NCBI RefSeq assembly: GCF_036321535.1
Contig: NC_087437.1
Coordinates: forward strand, 5,704,001-5,768,000
From: Camelus dromedarius
Taxonomy: Eukaryota
Direction: 5' to 3'
Length of the DNA: 64,000 nucleotides
Shown: positions 36,064 through 47,370 of the stretch, one piece after another
Numbering within the stretch: position 1 is the first letter of the stretch
How the letters are laid out: every line of letters starts with the position of its first letter
The notes under the pieces: model-generated
Told to the model about the DNA's origin: nothing
What the model saw: the letters and a program-made list of their open reading frames with translations, nothing else
The model's database searches: none
Program-made: the position numbers and the translations under genes

Positions 36064-38739
36064 CTTAGACGCAGAGGAGAAGTGTCCTTCCTTTCTGGCA
36101 GCACCCTGACCTGGGTGCGTTTATCCTGCTGTTCTCATCAACCCTGGTGGCCAGGCAGCAAGGTAAAACCGGGAGGAAGATGGCTTAGAAGAGGTCACCA
36201 GAGTAATGGGCTGTGAGAAAGCTCCTGTCCCCACATGGAGTTGTCCAGCTCTCAGGAGCACCTGGGGCCACAGGACCTGTACATTGTGTTCCTTCAGAAG
36301 CGCACTTTTAACCTCTTGTAAACCAGGGCCCCGAGGGAGAATGATAGAATGGTACAGGTAAGTTTGCAGAGGAGGCCTGGGGCTGGAGGCCCCAGCCCAG
36401 CGATGGTGAGGGCAGGGGTGGACAGTGGGGGGCTGCAGAGGTCAGTATCTTGGCAGGCCTGCAAGTCCCTGGTGGCCCACAGTGCTGGGCCAGGGCACGC
36501 TGGGGAGCATTTAGTAGGAGGCTGTGCTTCCTGGGTGGTGGAGACGAGAACAGAGGTGTAAGGAAAGGTGCGGTCAGCTCTTTGTCTGTGTCTGTTGAGG
36601 TGATGCCCCCTCATCCCCCATAACGCAACTGCAGGGGCCCAGTTCACCTTAGTGGTGGGTGGGAGCTCGGCCCCAAAACATGCCGTGGGGCTGCGGCCAC
36701 CAGAGCCCCGTGGAGCGTGCACGGGCAGCATCAGTAGACAGGTGTGAGAACTGGACCGGCCGGGGCATGTCAAGAGTGGGAGCAGCCGTCAGGCACCTGC
36801 GCTCGCAGCCCGGCTGGTGGTGTGTGTACAGAGGACTGGGAACCTCGCCTTAGGCTTTTCTCCTGCATCTGAACAGAGCAGACTGTTGGGGTCATGTTTA
36901 AAACCAGCCACAAAAGGGCCTCAAGGACGCAGAGAGGCTAACTTCCCCTGCTCTCTCTGCAGAGGTTCAAGCCTGAGGCGTGGGCCCCAGTTCTGGGCTC
37001 GGGGCACTGCTCTGTGGGGACCAGGAGCTGCAGGTGCAGAGTCCTGGGCTCAGACTCAGGGACTGTGCCTCCGCCTGATTGTGGATGTCACCCGGGCCCG
37101 GAGGAGCTGCCTCTCCCTTTTCACAGAGGAAATGCATGAAATCCAGTCTGCCGGATTCCTCACGTGTCTTCTGGGCGCCTGGGTCCGTGTTCTGGGAGTG
37201 ACTGATGTGGTAAGAGAAACCTGTGCAGACTTGGGGAGGATCTGTCGGTCTGGATGATACCATGGCCGCTCTTTTACCTTCAGTTCTTTGCATAAGAAAG
37301 ATCTGCGCAGTTCCCGCAAGTTGACTCATAAATCTGTCCAACTCCTCGCTCCCCTTCCTAAAAACCCTAAGGAAGGACTCTGTCCCATTTTAAAGGTCAC
37401 ATTAAACCACCCCTCCCTGCTTACCATCCATCACTCACATTTCTGTTTTCCCTTATTTGAATATCATGTTTTGGTTTCACATTTTTAATTTGTTTCACTC
37501 TGGCTTCAGTTTACTTACTGTTTCAAATGGAAATGCTTCAGCCCAGGCCCCGGGCCTTGTCCCCCAGCCCATCACTTTTACGATTTTTCAGCACTGGGAG
37601 CTGGTGGGTTGGCGTGACTGTTTCCGTCCCCACCAGGGCAGAGCCACTGAGGTCTTAATCTCAGAGTCATGACAGGTTCTGTTATGAGCTAAGCAGTGAC
37701 TGTGATACTGAAGGAAAAAAAAAAAAAAAACAAAGGTTTTTCTGGACAAAGATAAAAATTCAGAGAAGAATTTAGAAAGTCTCTTAAGGCAAAAACAATC
37801 ATTTTAAATACAGCTGTTTCTGTATTTTTAGTATTTTTCAGTGGACTTGAAAAGACAATCCAGTTTTTAACTAATGAAATAGCAAATTACACATTATTTC
37901 ATTCTCATAGAGAGTATCCCATTGAAGACAAAATCTGAACTTTCAGATTGTTTTGAGTTTTAAGAGAATTGGCTTAACTCTCTACATTTCATTATATTGT
38001 CTATAAATAGAAATACAGCGCTGTTAATTTATCTGCCCACTTCTTGATTTTCCTAATGTTTTCAAAGAAGTTTAAAATTCCTAAAGCGAGATGTTATGAA
38101 GACATAACACAGTGGTAGCGACGATTCATAACCAAAAAAAAAAAAAAAAAACCCAAAAACTGGGAAAGTCCGTGTGTGAGCTCATACATAATGCCTCACA
38201 CTGGCACAGTTCTGTCTTTGCCACCAGGCACTTGTAACATCAACTTAGTTTACCCTCACGACTTTCCTGTGCGGTGGACGCCCTTCGTGCCTCTCTTTTC
38301 CAGGTGAAAAAGTCGACCCCTGTGTCAGCATGGCTGGGCTGGGGGCGCCGGGTCTCTGCCCCGCGCCCCATCCTCCTCCCCTCCTCCGCCCAGGGACCTT
38401 CACATGTTGAGTCCCTGTCAGCTGGGCAGGAGGCCCTCCCTCCCCCGCTGAATTAACAAGACACAAAAATAGCAACCCAGGCTCATGGAAGGTAACCTAA
38501 GGGTAGCGGCCCTCGGCCCCTCGGAGGAGGTGGACTTTCTGGCTGATGGAAAAAGTGAAGAGCCGCTTTTCTGCTGTGAAGGGAACTTAAGTGTCGTGCC
38601 TGGAACATTACCTAGATAAATTCACCGCTTCACTGCTTATTCTGATAAGGCCAAGCATCTGGACGTCCTTGAAGTTAAAAAAAAAATTCTTGCGCTAAAT
38701 TTATTTAGCGAGTCAGACCTCTTCCAGGAAAGTCACAGC

Positions 38740-39400
38740 GTGCGTCCCGCCAGTCTGCAGGCCACCTGTTGCTCTCGGGAGCCGCAGGGGAGGTGCTGCC
38801 CCCGGTGACTGAAGACCCTTGGGCCGTGGGGGCTGCGCGTGCCAGCTGTGCCGGGCAGTCCTCTTCCCAAGGCCGTGTGGACCCGGTGCAGGTGGGGTCA
38901 GGGGCGCGGGCTGCCTCCTCTGAGCGGGGAGCGCAGGGGGTGCCGCGCCCGCAGCCCTGACTCCGGGAGCGGGAGCGCAGCGCCCCGAGGATGGGCTGCC
39001 GCGGGCCGGGACATCTGTGCCGGCCGTGCCGCCCGCTCCGCCCTCCTATCCTGAGCAGGCTGTCCTCTCCTGGCGTCTTAGAGACACCTCTCGGCCTTGT
39101 CCTTGGGACCTGCACGCCGGCCGCCCGCCCTCTGTTAGGGTGGGGCTGCCTTCTCCCCTCTGCCCTGCCTCCTGATCCCATCCCCTCCCGCCCTTGTGTT
39201 TAACCTCTTCCGTCTCCCCATCAGCCCGGAAACACGCTCAGGTTCTCAACAGTCGAGAGACGCGAGAACGTTCCCTCTTCAGCTGCGTCTTGAGCGACTG
39301 TCTGCGCCCTCTGCTCCGTCGCCAGTGCTGGCGTGGACGCGCCCCGCGCCTCCCTCCGACAGGGCCCGCAGGGCTCATGGTGCGTGGGCTTCCTTCTCTG
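38740..39400. promoter_or_regulatory. Intronic CpG-rich patch (possible alternative promoter or enhancer)
   Basis: About 650 bp of high GC with many CpGs. GAS-like TTCCAGGAA at 38722-38730. No repeat recognised. Confidence 0.5.
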
Positions 39401-39685
39401 ATCCGAGCCTCCTCCCCAGCAGAGCGCAGTATGTTCACGGGGACCTTGGCAGTGATGCCTCTGGCTCAGCCTCGCCCTCCAGCCCAGGATACAGCTGTCA
39501 CTCAGCACCCTCCAGCCCATCACCCGGCATCTGACTGCAGCACTCCCTGCCTCCCCTTCCTTACCCTGCTCCCACCCTCCTGTCTGGTCCTTTTCTGCAG
39601 CTGTGCAGTTTGGCACATGGTACCACCATCCATTCTCCTTTCTTTGTGGTCACAGAGTCAGTCTGGATGAAAGAGTATTTTTTAA

Positions 39686-39943
39686 ACTCTCTTTTCTTCT
39701 TTGTAATTTCTTTTTCTTTTCTTTCTTTTTCTTCTTTTTTTTTAATGGAGATACTGGGGTTTGAACCCATGACCCAGAATGAAAATTCCTTTTTTTTAAA
39801 TTTTTTTATATTGGCGGGGTAGGAGGTAATATGGTTTGTTTATTTATTTATTACTTTAATGGAGGTACTGGGGATTGAACCCAGGACCTTGTGCACGCTA
39901 AGCATGTGCTCTACCCTTGAGCTATACCCACCCTCCCCACCCC
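39686..39943 (-). mobile_element. Composite Vic-1-type SINE (full monomer plus partial second monomer)
   Basis: Full head at 39860-39938 with its tail, then a second B-box-onward fragment at 39746-39774 with an A-rich tail. GAGTATTTTTT flanks the whole unit (39673 and 39944). Confidence 0.85.
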
Positions 39944-40310
39944 GAGTATTTTTTTTAAGGGATTGGAAAGCCTAAGAAATTATAGCAAGCTCTTCTTTCA
40001 TAAGAAAAGTGCTGGCATTTACCTTTTTTAATTTAACGGTTCTGATGTATATTGCTATTAAAACCAAGTAAGTGGGGAAAAAAAAGCCCTAAGTGCACAG
40101 TTTCTATAGTAAGAACATAGGCTTACTGAATTAAAGTGATTTGACTCCTAAGTATAACTTTCTCTTTAATTTTCATTCCAGAACGGTTTGGAGGGAATCA
40201 TTCAGGTATCTAGGTAGTCATCTGCCTCTACCCTCAACCTCTGTTAATCTTGGAGAGTCTCTCATCATTATTTGCCATGCGTTGGTTCACTTAAAATTGC
40301 AAAGAGAAAT

Positions 40311-40491
40311 TTTTTTTTTATTGTTGAAGTATAGTCAGTGTACAATGTTGTGTCAGTTTCTTGTGCATAGCATCATGTTTCAGTCATCCATATACATGCA
40401 TATATTCCTTTTTCAAATTCTTTTTCATTATAGATTACTACAGGATATTGAATGTGGTTCCCTGAGCTATACAATATAAACTTGCTGTTTA
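40311..40491 (-). mobile_element. 5'-truncated camelid-type L1 3' end
   Basis: TTGAAGTATAGTCAGTGTACAATGTTGTGTCAGTTTCT...GTGGTTCCCTGAGCTATACA. TSD-like TGCAAAG..AAATTTT on both sides. Confidence 0.85.
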
Positions 40492-42999
40492 TGCAAAGCA
40501 AATTTTAATTGGTATCACTCAGAAACACTTGTTTCTTACAGGAAAGGTGTTGTAAGTTAGGAATGGGCATATCTGTGAGCCAGAGAGGGGCCATTTTTAA
40601 GCATTTTGCAAAGGAGAATCTACATGAAGAACTTATTTTCTTTTAAGGTTTCAGTTTGGAGTCTGGTCCTCTTTGAACAAGGGCAGCAGTTATTATTCTG
40701 GGACCTATGATGTACAATTTTTTCCTCATTGATTTCTTTCCTATTTCTTTGAAATTTATGTCTGTGAAAATTTCTTGTGTGTGCCAGAGATATTACTAAG
40801 CCATTTTGCTGCAGGTGAGTATCAGGGGAGATGGAATGAATGATACTCTGCATGGGCTGGAGGTCACCACTGGAGTGACAGTCATGTTACAGAACTGGTT
40901 TAGTTCTCCCTTGATAGGCGCTGTTCCCCCGTGAGACCACGGACATCTGTCTCTTCTTATGTTGGAAAATGCTGAAGACAGCAAAAGACATGGGAGCTCC
41001 AGCCCTTTCGTTATCCTTTCGTGGCTGAATATGATGAGGCGTGAAACCCTGTGTGGGCTGTCCAGCAAGACCCCTGCCAGGGAAAGCGTGGGGTCAGGAG
41101 GGGCTCTGGCGCACTCGGCAGTAGGTCCTTGGATGCTGAGAGGATGGAGCAGAGGTTCAGCAGGTGATGTTTCGCACAGCCAGGTGGGGGAAGCCACACC
41201 CGCCCAGAGGCCTGTGAAGCTTTATTTCTGAGAAGTAGTGCTGGTTTTGCAGCTGGGGGTAGAGAAGAGAGTTGAAGCAGCCTCTTTCCCAAGGCGCCAC
41301 ACACGCAAGGCTGCCGCGTTCCTCCTAGTATTTTCGGTTTCGGCAGGACAGGTCCCTTCAGCCTGCACCCGGGTGAGCAGGCGGGCATCCTTCACTACAG
41401 CCACCTGATGATTTTCATGGCTTATGCATGTGTGACGTTTCAAAGACTTCATCTTTTGTGACCGCTTTTTGGAAAGTGCGGCAGCCACGGGTCTCTTTGA
41501 CGTGCAGAACTGTGACAGTAATTCGAAGGCCTTGGTCCCATGAAAGAGGGCACATCTGGGCATAGGGCAGCCGGTCTGCCTTGGCTGCTTTGGTGATCAA
41601 AGTCCCAGGAGTCTCAGGAATGTAGCTTTCTGTGTCCCGCTCGGTTTTATCAAGCCTACCAGGCAGGACGCCTCGAAAACATCCAAGGCCGGCAAAGTTG
41701 TCAGGCTGGCCGAAGCCCAGCCATGAGCTTCGTTCATAATCTTAGATAGCGACCTGGACAGAAGATGGGAGCAGATCGTGGCATTCCTTTGGTTAACACA
41801 CAGGCCAGACACGAGCAGAGTGTGTGTCAACAGGCACATTTGTGCTAAGAAGGGAAACCCCGTGTTCATGGGGAGGAGTTTACCGGCAGGTTGGCTTAAG
41901 TGGCGGGGCTCTGGCCCTCTGAGTGAGGCCCATCATTTAGTTCCAGGCCTTCAGTCAGCACGATGGGGGCTGATGCGGGACTGGGACTGCTTTGGTCCAG
42001 ACACCATCCTGGAGGCAGATAACCAAGAACGTCTGCCAGCCAGAGGCAGGGACACGGCTGGGGTGGGCTCTTAGCCGGCAGAAGCCCGGAGCCCCCAGGA
42101 AGGACGGCAGAGGCTTTTGAAGATGATGTTGGTCCTGCCAGTCTCCCACTGAACCGTGGACTGAATCCTGTCCTTGGTGACGGGGACAGCGTGGGGTGGA
42201 GAAAGGCCTGCAGTGTAGGGGCGCAGGCAGTGATGGGGGGACATGGAGCAGCAGGAGGAGGTTTGGGCACGCTCTGTCCTGCATATGCATGTCCCAGCTG
42301 CCATTGGACTGGGCTGTGGGTCTGCCTGGCCCCGCACACCTTTCATCACTCAGACAAAAACTAGATGGTGAAGCTGATGAATCGTCAAAGGCTTGGACCC
42401 AATTTCAACCTCAGTATCAAAGCACAGTCGCTGCCTTCTAATTGAAATTTCCTTTTAGGATATAGTATACTTTCTGTTTGACATGCCTTCTTTAGATTTA
42501 TTTCAGTTTTTTGGAGGGGGTGCAAGGAGCAGCCAGTTAGTTTCTGCATTTAAAATGAGAGTGAGAAGTATTATTATTTACAAAATTTTTAAATGTAAAA
42601 ATCTTCTATGTGAAGAGAATGGCTTTGTAATGATGAGATTAATTGTATGCAAACATTTGTAGGTATGTGCCTGTGTTTCAGAGAGGTTTTCGGCAGTTTT
42701 CAAAGGCATTGGAAATTAAAAACCACCAAACAATTGATTCAGAGCGAGATGGTGCTGTTGCAGCTCCAGCTCAGTGTTTAAGCCTCATCAGGGTATGGAC
42801 AGCATATGGGAGCCTGTTAATTCTGTGCGCCCGTCTTTGGAGGAGACTGGAGCTGGGACGGGTCCCTGCAAATGGGGGGAGAGTGGCTAACCAGTGCCCG
42901 TGACTTTCTGGTCCCAGTCAAGGCACCGCTAAGCATCTCGTGCTTTGAGGAACAGAGTCCAAGTGTAACTGGAGAGACTTCTGGGACAGGAAGGTAGCG

Positions 43000-43225
43000 G
43001 GGCTGCATACTGACTTCTGTGGGCCCAGTCCCCTTCCTTTGTGGGCTCCTTCCTCCATTAAAACGAAGTAAAAATTATATTTTACAACATTGTTGATATA
43101 AAGAATGTATATTAAAACATTTTAAAGTCTTTTTTATTCCTTCTGATTTAAAACATTTTTTGTGGGCTCTTAAGAATATGTGGGTCTGTCCGTTGTACCT
43201 GCTGTCCGTGGGTAAGTTTTGGTCT
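43000..43225. mobile_element. hAT-Tip100-like MITE (ORSL-like)
   Basis: TTCTGTGGGCCCAG...TTTGTGGGCTCCTTCCTCCATTAAAA...AAAATTATATTTTACAAC...TTCTGATTTAAAACATTTTTTGTGGGC. Confidence 0.5.
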
Positions 43226-44890
43226 TGATTTTCTTTCTAAAGTGTATAGAAGGAGTGGAATATACAAATAAATATGCTCTTTTTACATCCAGTCTATTAT
43301 TCTTGAGTAAAGTTGAGAGAGGTCCCTGAGTGTACTGTGAACTTAAATTTTGGAGAGAGTTTTGCATTAGTTAATATGTAACTTGCATTAGTTAATATGT
43401 ATCTTCAGTCTGGTTTTATTGTACTGTGAATGTTTGCTGAAGGAGTTCATTTTCAAAATTTTAATAACATTTGAGTTTTAAAAATTAAAAATTTATTGTA
43501 TTACCATCCGTAACTAATATTCTACCGAATTTGAGAAGATTTATCCTTTTGAGTATATGCAGTGGAAAATATTGTAAGCATTCCTTCCAGTTTATTTGTG
43601 TTATGAATGTATAATACATTCTACATAATAAATTATTTTCTAAAAGAATTCAGCTTTATGGAGGAACTTGTCTATTTCTCCTCCTGATGCTGAGAAGTCT
43701 TCTATGAATTCTTTGAGTAAAATCCACTTTAAAAGATAACAGGCAATAATTTGTGACTTGGAAATTTCAGAGTGGCCAGGAAAAGTGTGCTAAAAATAGG
43801 AGCTGTGTTTATTTACCCTCTCCTCCACCCAGGCTAAAACATAGCCGTGTGGTTGCAGGCGTGGGGAAGGTCGATGGTGACTTGGAGGATGATGTTTTTC
43901 TTTTTTTCCCCCTGTTGCAGAGTTGAAGGAAGGGATCATCCTTTTAACTTCTGAATCCTGTTTCCTTTCTTTGACAACTCAGATGAATTATGTTCATGTG
44001 CTAGCATCTAAAAACGAGTTTGACTTTTACATTTGTTTGGGTTTCTTATCATCCGCCTTCCTTTTTATGTATTTCATCTAAGCGCTGTCCCACGAAAGGA
44101 CAATTTGAACATTGTGGGTTTTACTCATAATTACACTTTCAACATTTGTCAGCTGATAATTTTACGTGTTCCTGTGTTTTTCATGGTAATCTAAAAAGAT
44201 GGCTGCTTTTTTGATCATTGCGTTAAAAGGCCACGAGTTCAGTTCTTGTGCTGGTTTACGCCCTTGGCAGGACACAACTTCACAGGGCTGAGCACTGACC
44301 AGACAAGCCTGTCACTTGTGCCATGGATCACGAGAGCCCCGGAGGGGAAGTGACCAGCAGGGCCGCCCAGAGGTGTCACCCGTGTTACTGAACACGTCTG
44401 CCAGTATCAGGACCTCTTGCCCACGTGTCACTGCTTGTTCTCTCTGCAGCCCGGTGTGGGGGCGTTGGTGGTGCCAGTGGCCCAGGGCACTGCTCTGGGG
44501 GGAAGAGCTGATTTCTCAGGCTGAGGGCTCCGTTGGCGTGGCTGTGAGTCCAGGTGGGGTAGTCTCAGTTTCCTCGTCTCTAACATACGGACGTGGAATA
44601 ATGAGATCCCCATCCCCAGCTTTTTGTGAGCATTCGATGTCACACTGGTAGCGCTCAGCCTTCCATGCGTATTAGTGACTGTGTTTGTGCCGAGTTACAG
44701 AGCAGCAGGCGTCTAACTGAGCGTTTCTGGGTCATGCCTTTCAGCTGGAATTGGACAGGTTTCTTTATCTACCTTCATAGAGACTGCGGGAAAGAAGTAT
44801 TAGTTCACATCAGTAGATTTTTAGTTTAGTTGATCTCAAAACATGTTTCATGAATCTTTACTACATTAAAAACATTTTTCGTCCAACTAT

Positions 44891-45060
44891 TTTATTTAAA
44901 AAAATTTTTAAATTTAATTTAAAATTATTTATTCATTTATTTATTGAGGGGGGTAATTAGGTTTGTTTATTTATTTATTTATAAATAGAGGTGCTGGGGA
45001 TTGAACCCAGGACCTCGTGCATGCTAAGCACACACTCTACCCCCAAGCTATACCCTCCCC
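44891..45060 (-). mobile_element. Vic-1-type SINE
   Basis: GGGGTAATTAGGTTTG...GAGGTGCTGGGGATTGAACCCAGGACCTCGTGCATGCTAAGC...GCTATACCCTCCCC. Confidence 0.9.
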
Positions 45061-45239
45061 TACTTCACTACGTTTTTTATTCTCATGTTATCTATTAATT
45101 CCAGTGTTTTATTCCAAATAATATTGAAGCAGGTATAAGTGAAAATGTAATTTTGTGGACTGAGTGGACTGATTTGGCACCATCAGGTCGACCTTCCTAT
45201 TGCATATCTAACTCCCCCTCTGTCTTTCATGGGCTGTTT

Positions 45240-45915
45240 TCTGTGGGAACCAGACACAAATAGACAGAATGGTGTGGTGAATCCTATGTGCCCATCATTC
45301 AGCCTTAGAAGTTATCAGCTGAGGGCTTGTTTCCTCTGTAACGCCAACCCACTTATCCCCATCCCATATTATTTTAAAGCAAACCTCAGATACCACAGTA
45401 TCCATAAATTTGTTTACACAAGCCACAATATCTTTATTATACCTAAAAATTAACACTGATTCCTTAATATCATCAAATATAGAGTCAGTTTTCAGATATC
45501 CAGTTGCCTTTCATATATCCAATTGCCTTTTTTCAAGCAAAAACAAACGGTCAGAAACAGACAGACATAGAAAACAAACTTATGGTTCCCAAAGGGGAAA
45601 GGAGGGGGGAGGGATAAATTGGGAGTTTGGGATTTGTGGATACAAAATATATAAAATAGGTAAACAATGAGGTCCTACTGTAGAGCACAGGGAACTCTAT
45701 TCAATATCTTATAATAACCAATAAGGAAAAAGAATCTGAAAAAGAATATATATATATATGTATGTATAACTGAGTCACTATGCTGTACACCAGAAATTAA
45801 CCCATTGTAAATTGACGATACTTCAATAAATATATTTATCTATAGTTTGTTTAATTTAGGGTCCACATCAGGTCCCACATGTTGTGGTTGGGTGGCATGT
45901 CTCTTAAGTCTCTTG
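45240..45915 (-). mobile_element. L1MC4/5-like 3' region interrupted by a younger L1
   Basis: TATTTTAAAGCAAACCTCAGATACC...TTCCTTAATATCATCAAATAT, resuming after 45830 with GGTCCCACATGTTG...ATGTCTCTTAAGTCTCTT. Confidence 0.65.
45552..45830 (+). mobile_element. Camelid-type L1 3'UTR fragment nested in the older L1
   Basis: CAGACATAGAAAACAAACTTATGGTT...GGGATAAATTGGGAGTTTGGGATT...GCACAGGGAACTCTATTCAATATCTT...ATACTTCAATAAA. Confidence 0.88.
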
Positions 45916-46668
45916 GTCTTCCTCCCTGTCAGTCAGCCGTTGCCTGTGGGCAGGGGGACATGCATCCTGGGGTTTGCTGAGAGCTCTTAGCTGACAACAT
46001 CCAGAGCAGCTGGGGCACTTGTGCAGAGCACCCGTGGTACCACTGCTCAGTGGAGAACTTCCAGGCAGAGGGAACAGCATGAGCACAGGCGTGTGAACGG
46101 CACGGCGCAGCACGTTGGCAGGGTGCTAGCGCCGTCTTGGAGGCGGGCAGCCTCGGGGAGGAGATGTCGGGGCTGCAGGCTGTGTCCCGGTTGTGGTTAT
46201 TATATGTTTTTGATGCTGGTATCGAAATAGCTGGTGTATTCAGATGAAGATGAAATTAATAAAAATGTGATGGTAGTAGAGACTGTTGGAAATGATACAG
46301 TATATCAGCGCAACGCGTATTTTCTGGGAATGTCTAAATTGAAGATTTATGGTAACGTGTGGTAAGCATTGTGGCATCTGAGTTAACTAGATACCTGGAA
46401 CAAAGCTTCAGCCTTCTGTCCTTTGGCTGTAAAAGTGATGTTGGCCCACGATGGCATTCCAGAGGACGGACCAGAGTTATCACTCAGTCCCAGCAGTGGT
46501 CTGGAAGGACTGTCTTATCTACCTGCTGAACCTGGTAAAAGCAGAAATATTTTGCCAGCTGCAGAGATCAGTGTTTTTATGTTTTTGTCTAACACATTTA
46601 AACAGTTGTTATCCGTGTTGATGTTCTTGGGCTGAGTTCTTGATGCGATAACTTAAAATGAACAAGTT

Positions 46669-46817
46669 ATTTTTTATTTTTTAATCAATTTTGGAGGGGA
46701 GTTTATTAGATTTATTTATGTATTTATTTATATATTTATTAATGGAGGTACTGGGGATTGAACCCAGGACCTTGTGCGTGCTAAACGCATGCTCCACCAC
46801 TGAGCTACACCCTCCCC
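46669..46817 (-). mobile_element. Vic-1-type SINE
   Basis: Full head at 46743-46817. TSD-like TAAAATG(A/T)ACA on both sides. Confidence 0.9.
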
Positions 46818-47059
46818 TCTAAAATGTACACTTTTAACATACAGGTTTTGGCTGTTTCTTTTTTTTTTTATTTTTAAAAATTATTTTAATTTTTATTTTA
46901 TTTATTTTTAGTTTTTTAATTTATGTTTCTTGATAGCAAGGACCTAGGTTTGAATTATCCTGTCTCATCATCAGCATTTTCAGTCCCCTTTGCTGATCCA
47001 ACCTCAAAGTGTTGCAGTGAATGCAGTCTTTTTCTACCTGTTTTTTTCTGTCTGTCTAC

Positions 47060-47370
47060 ACTCTGGGGATCTCCTCCTGTGTCCTGGCTTTGCACATCAT
47101 CTCTCTGTCCGCCACTCCCAGGTTTATCTCTCCAGCCCAGTAACTCTTCCCCACCTCAGGCTTGCATCTCCAGCCGCCTCCTGGATGTCTCCACTTAGCC
47201 TGGCTCAAACACGGCTCTCCTTTTTCCTTTCTCTGCAGCCTCCCCGTCTCAGTGGGATGGCAGCGTCTCCTTATTGAGGCCTGGGGGTTCTCTCTGACTC
47301 TCTCTCATACACCACATCCAGTCTATCAACACATTCTTTTGGTTCTACCTTCAGAATATATGTGGAACAC
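47060..47370 (+). mobile_element. L2 LINE fragment
   Basis: CACTCCCAGGTTTATCTCTCCAGCCCAG...CCAGCCGCCTCCTGGATGTCTCCACTT...GGTTCTACCTTCAGAATATAT. Confidence 0.7.
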
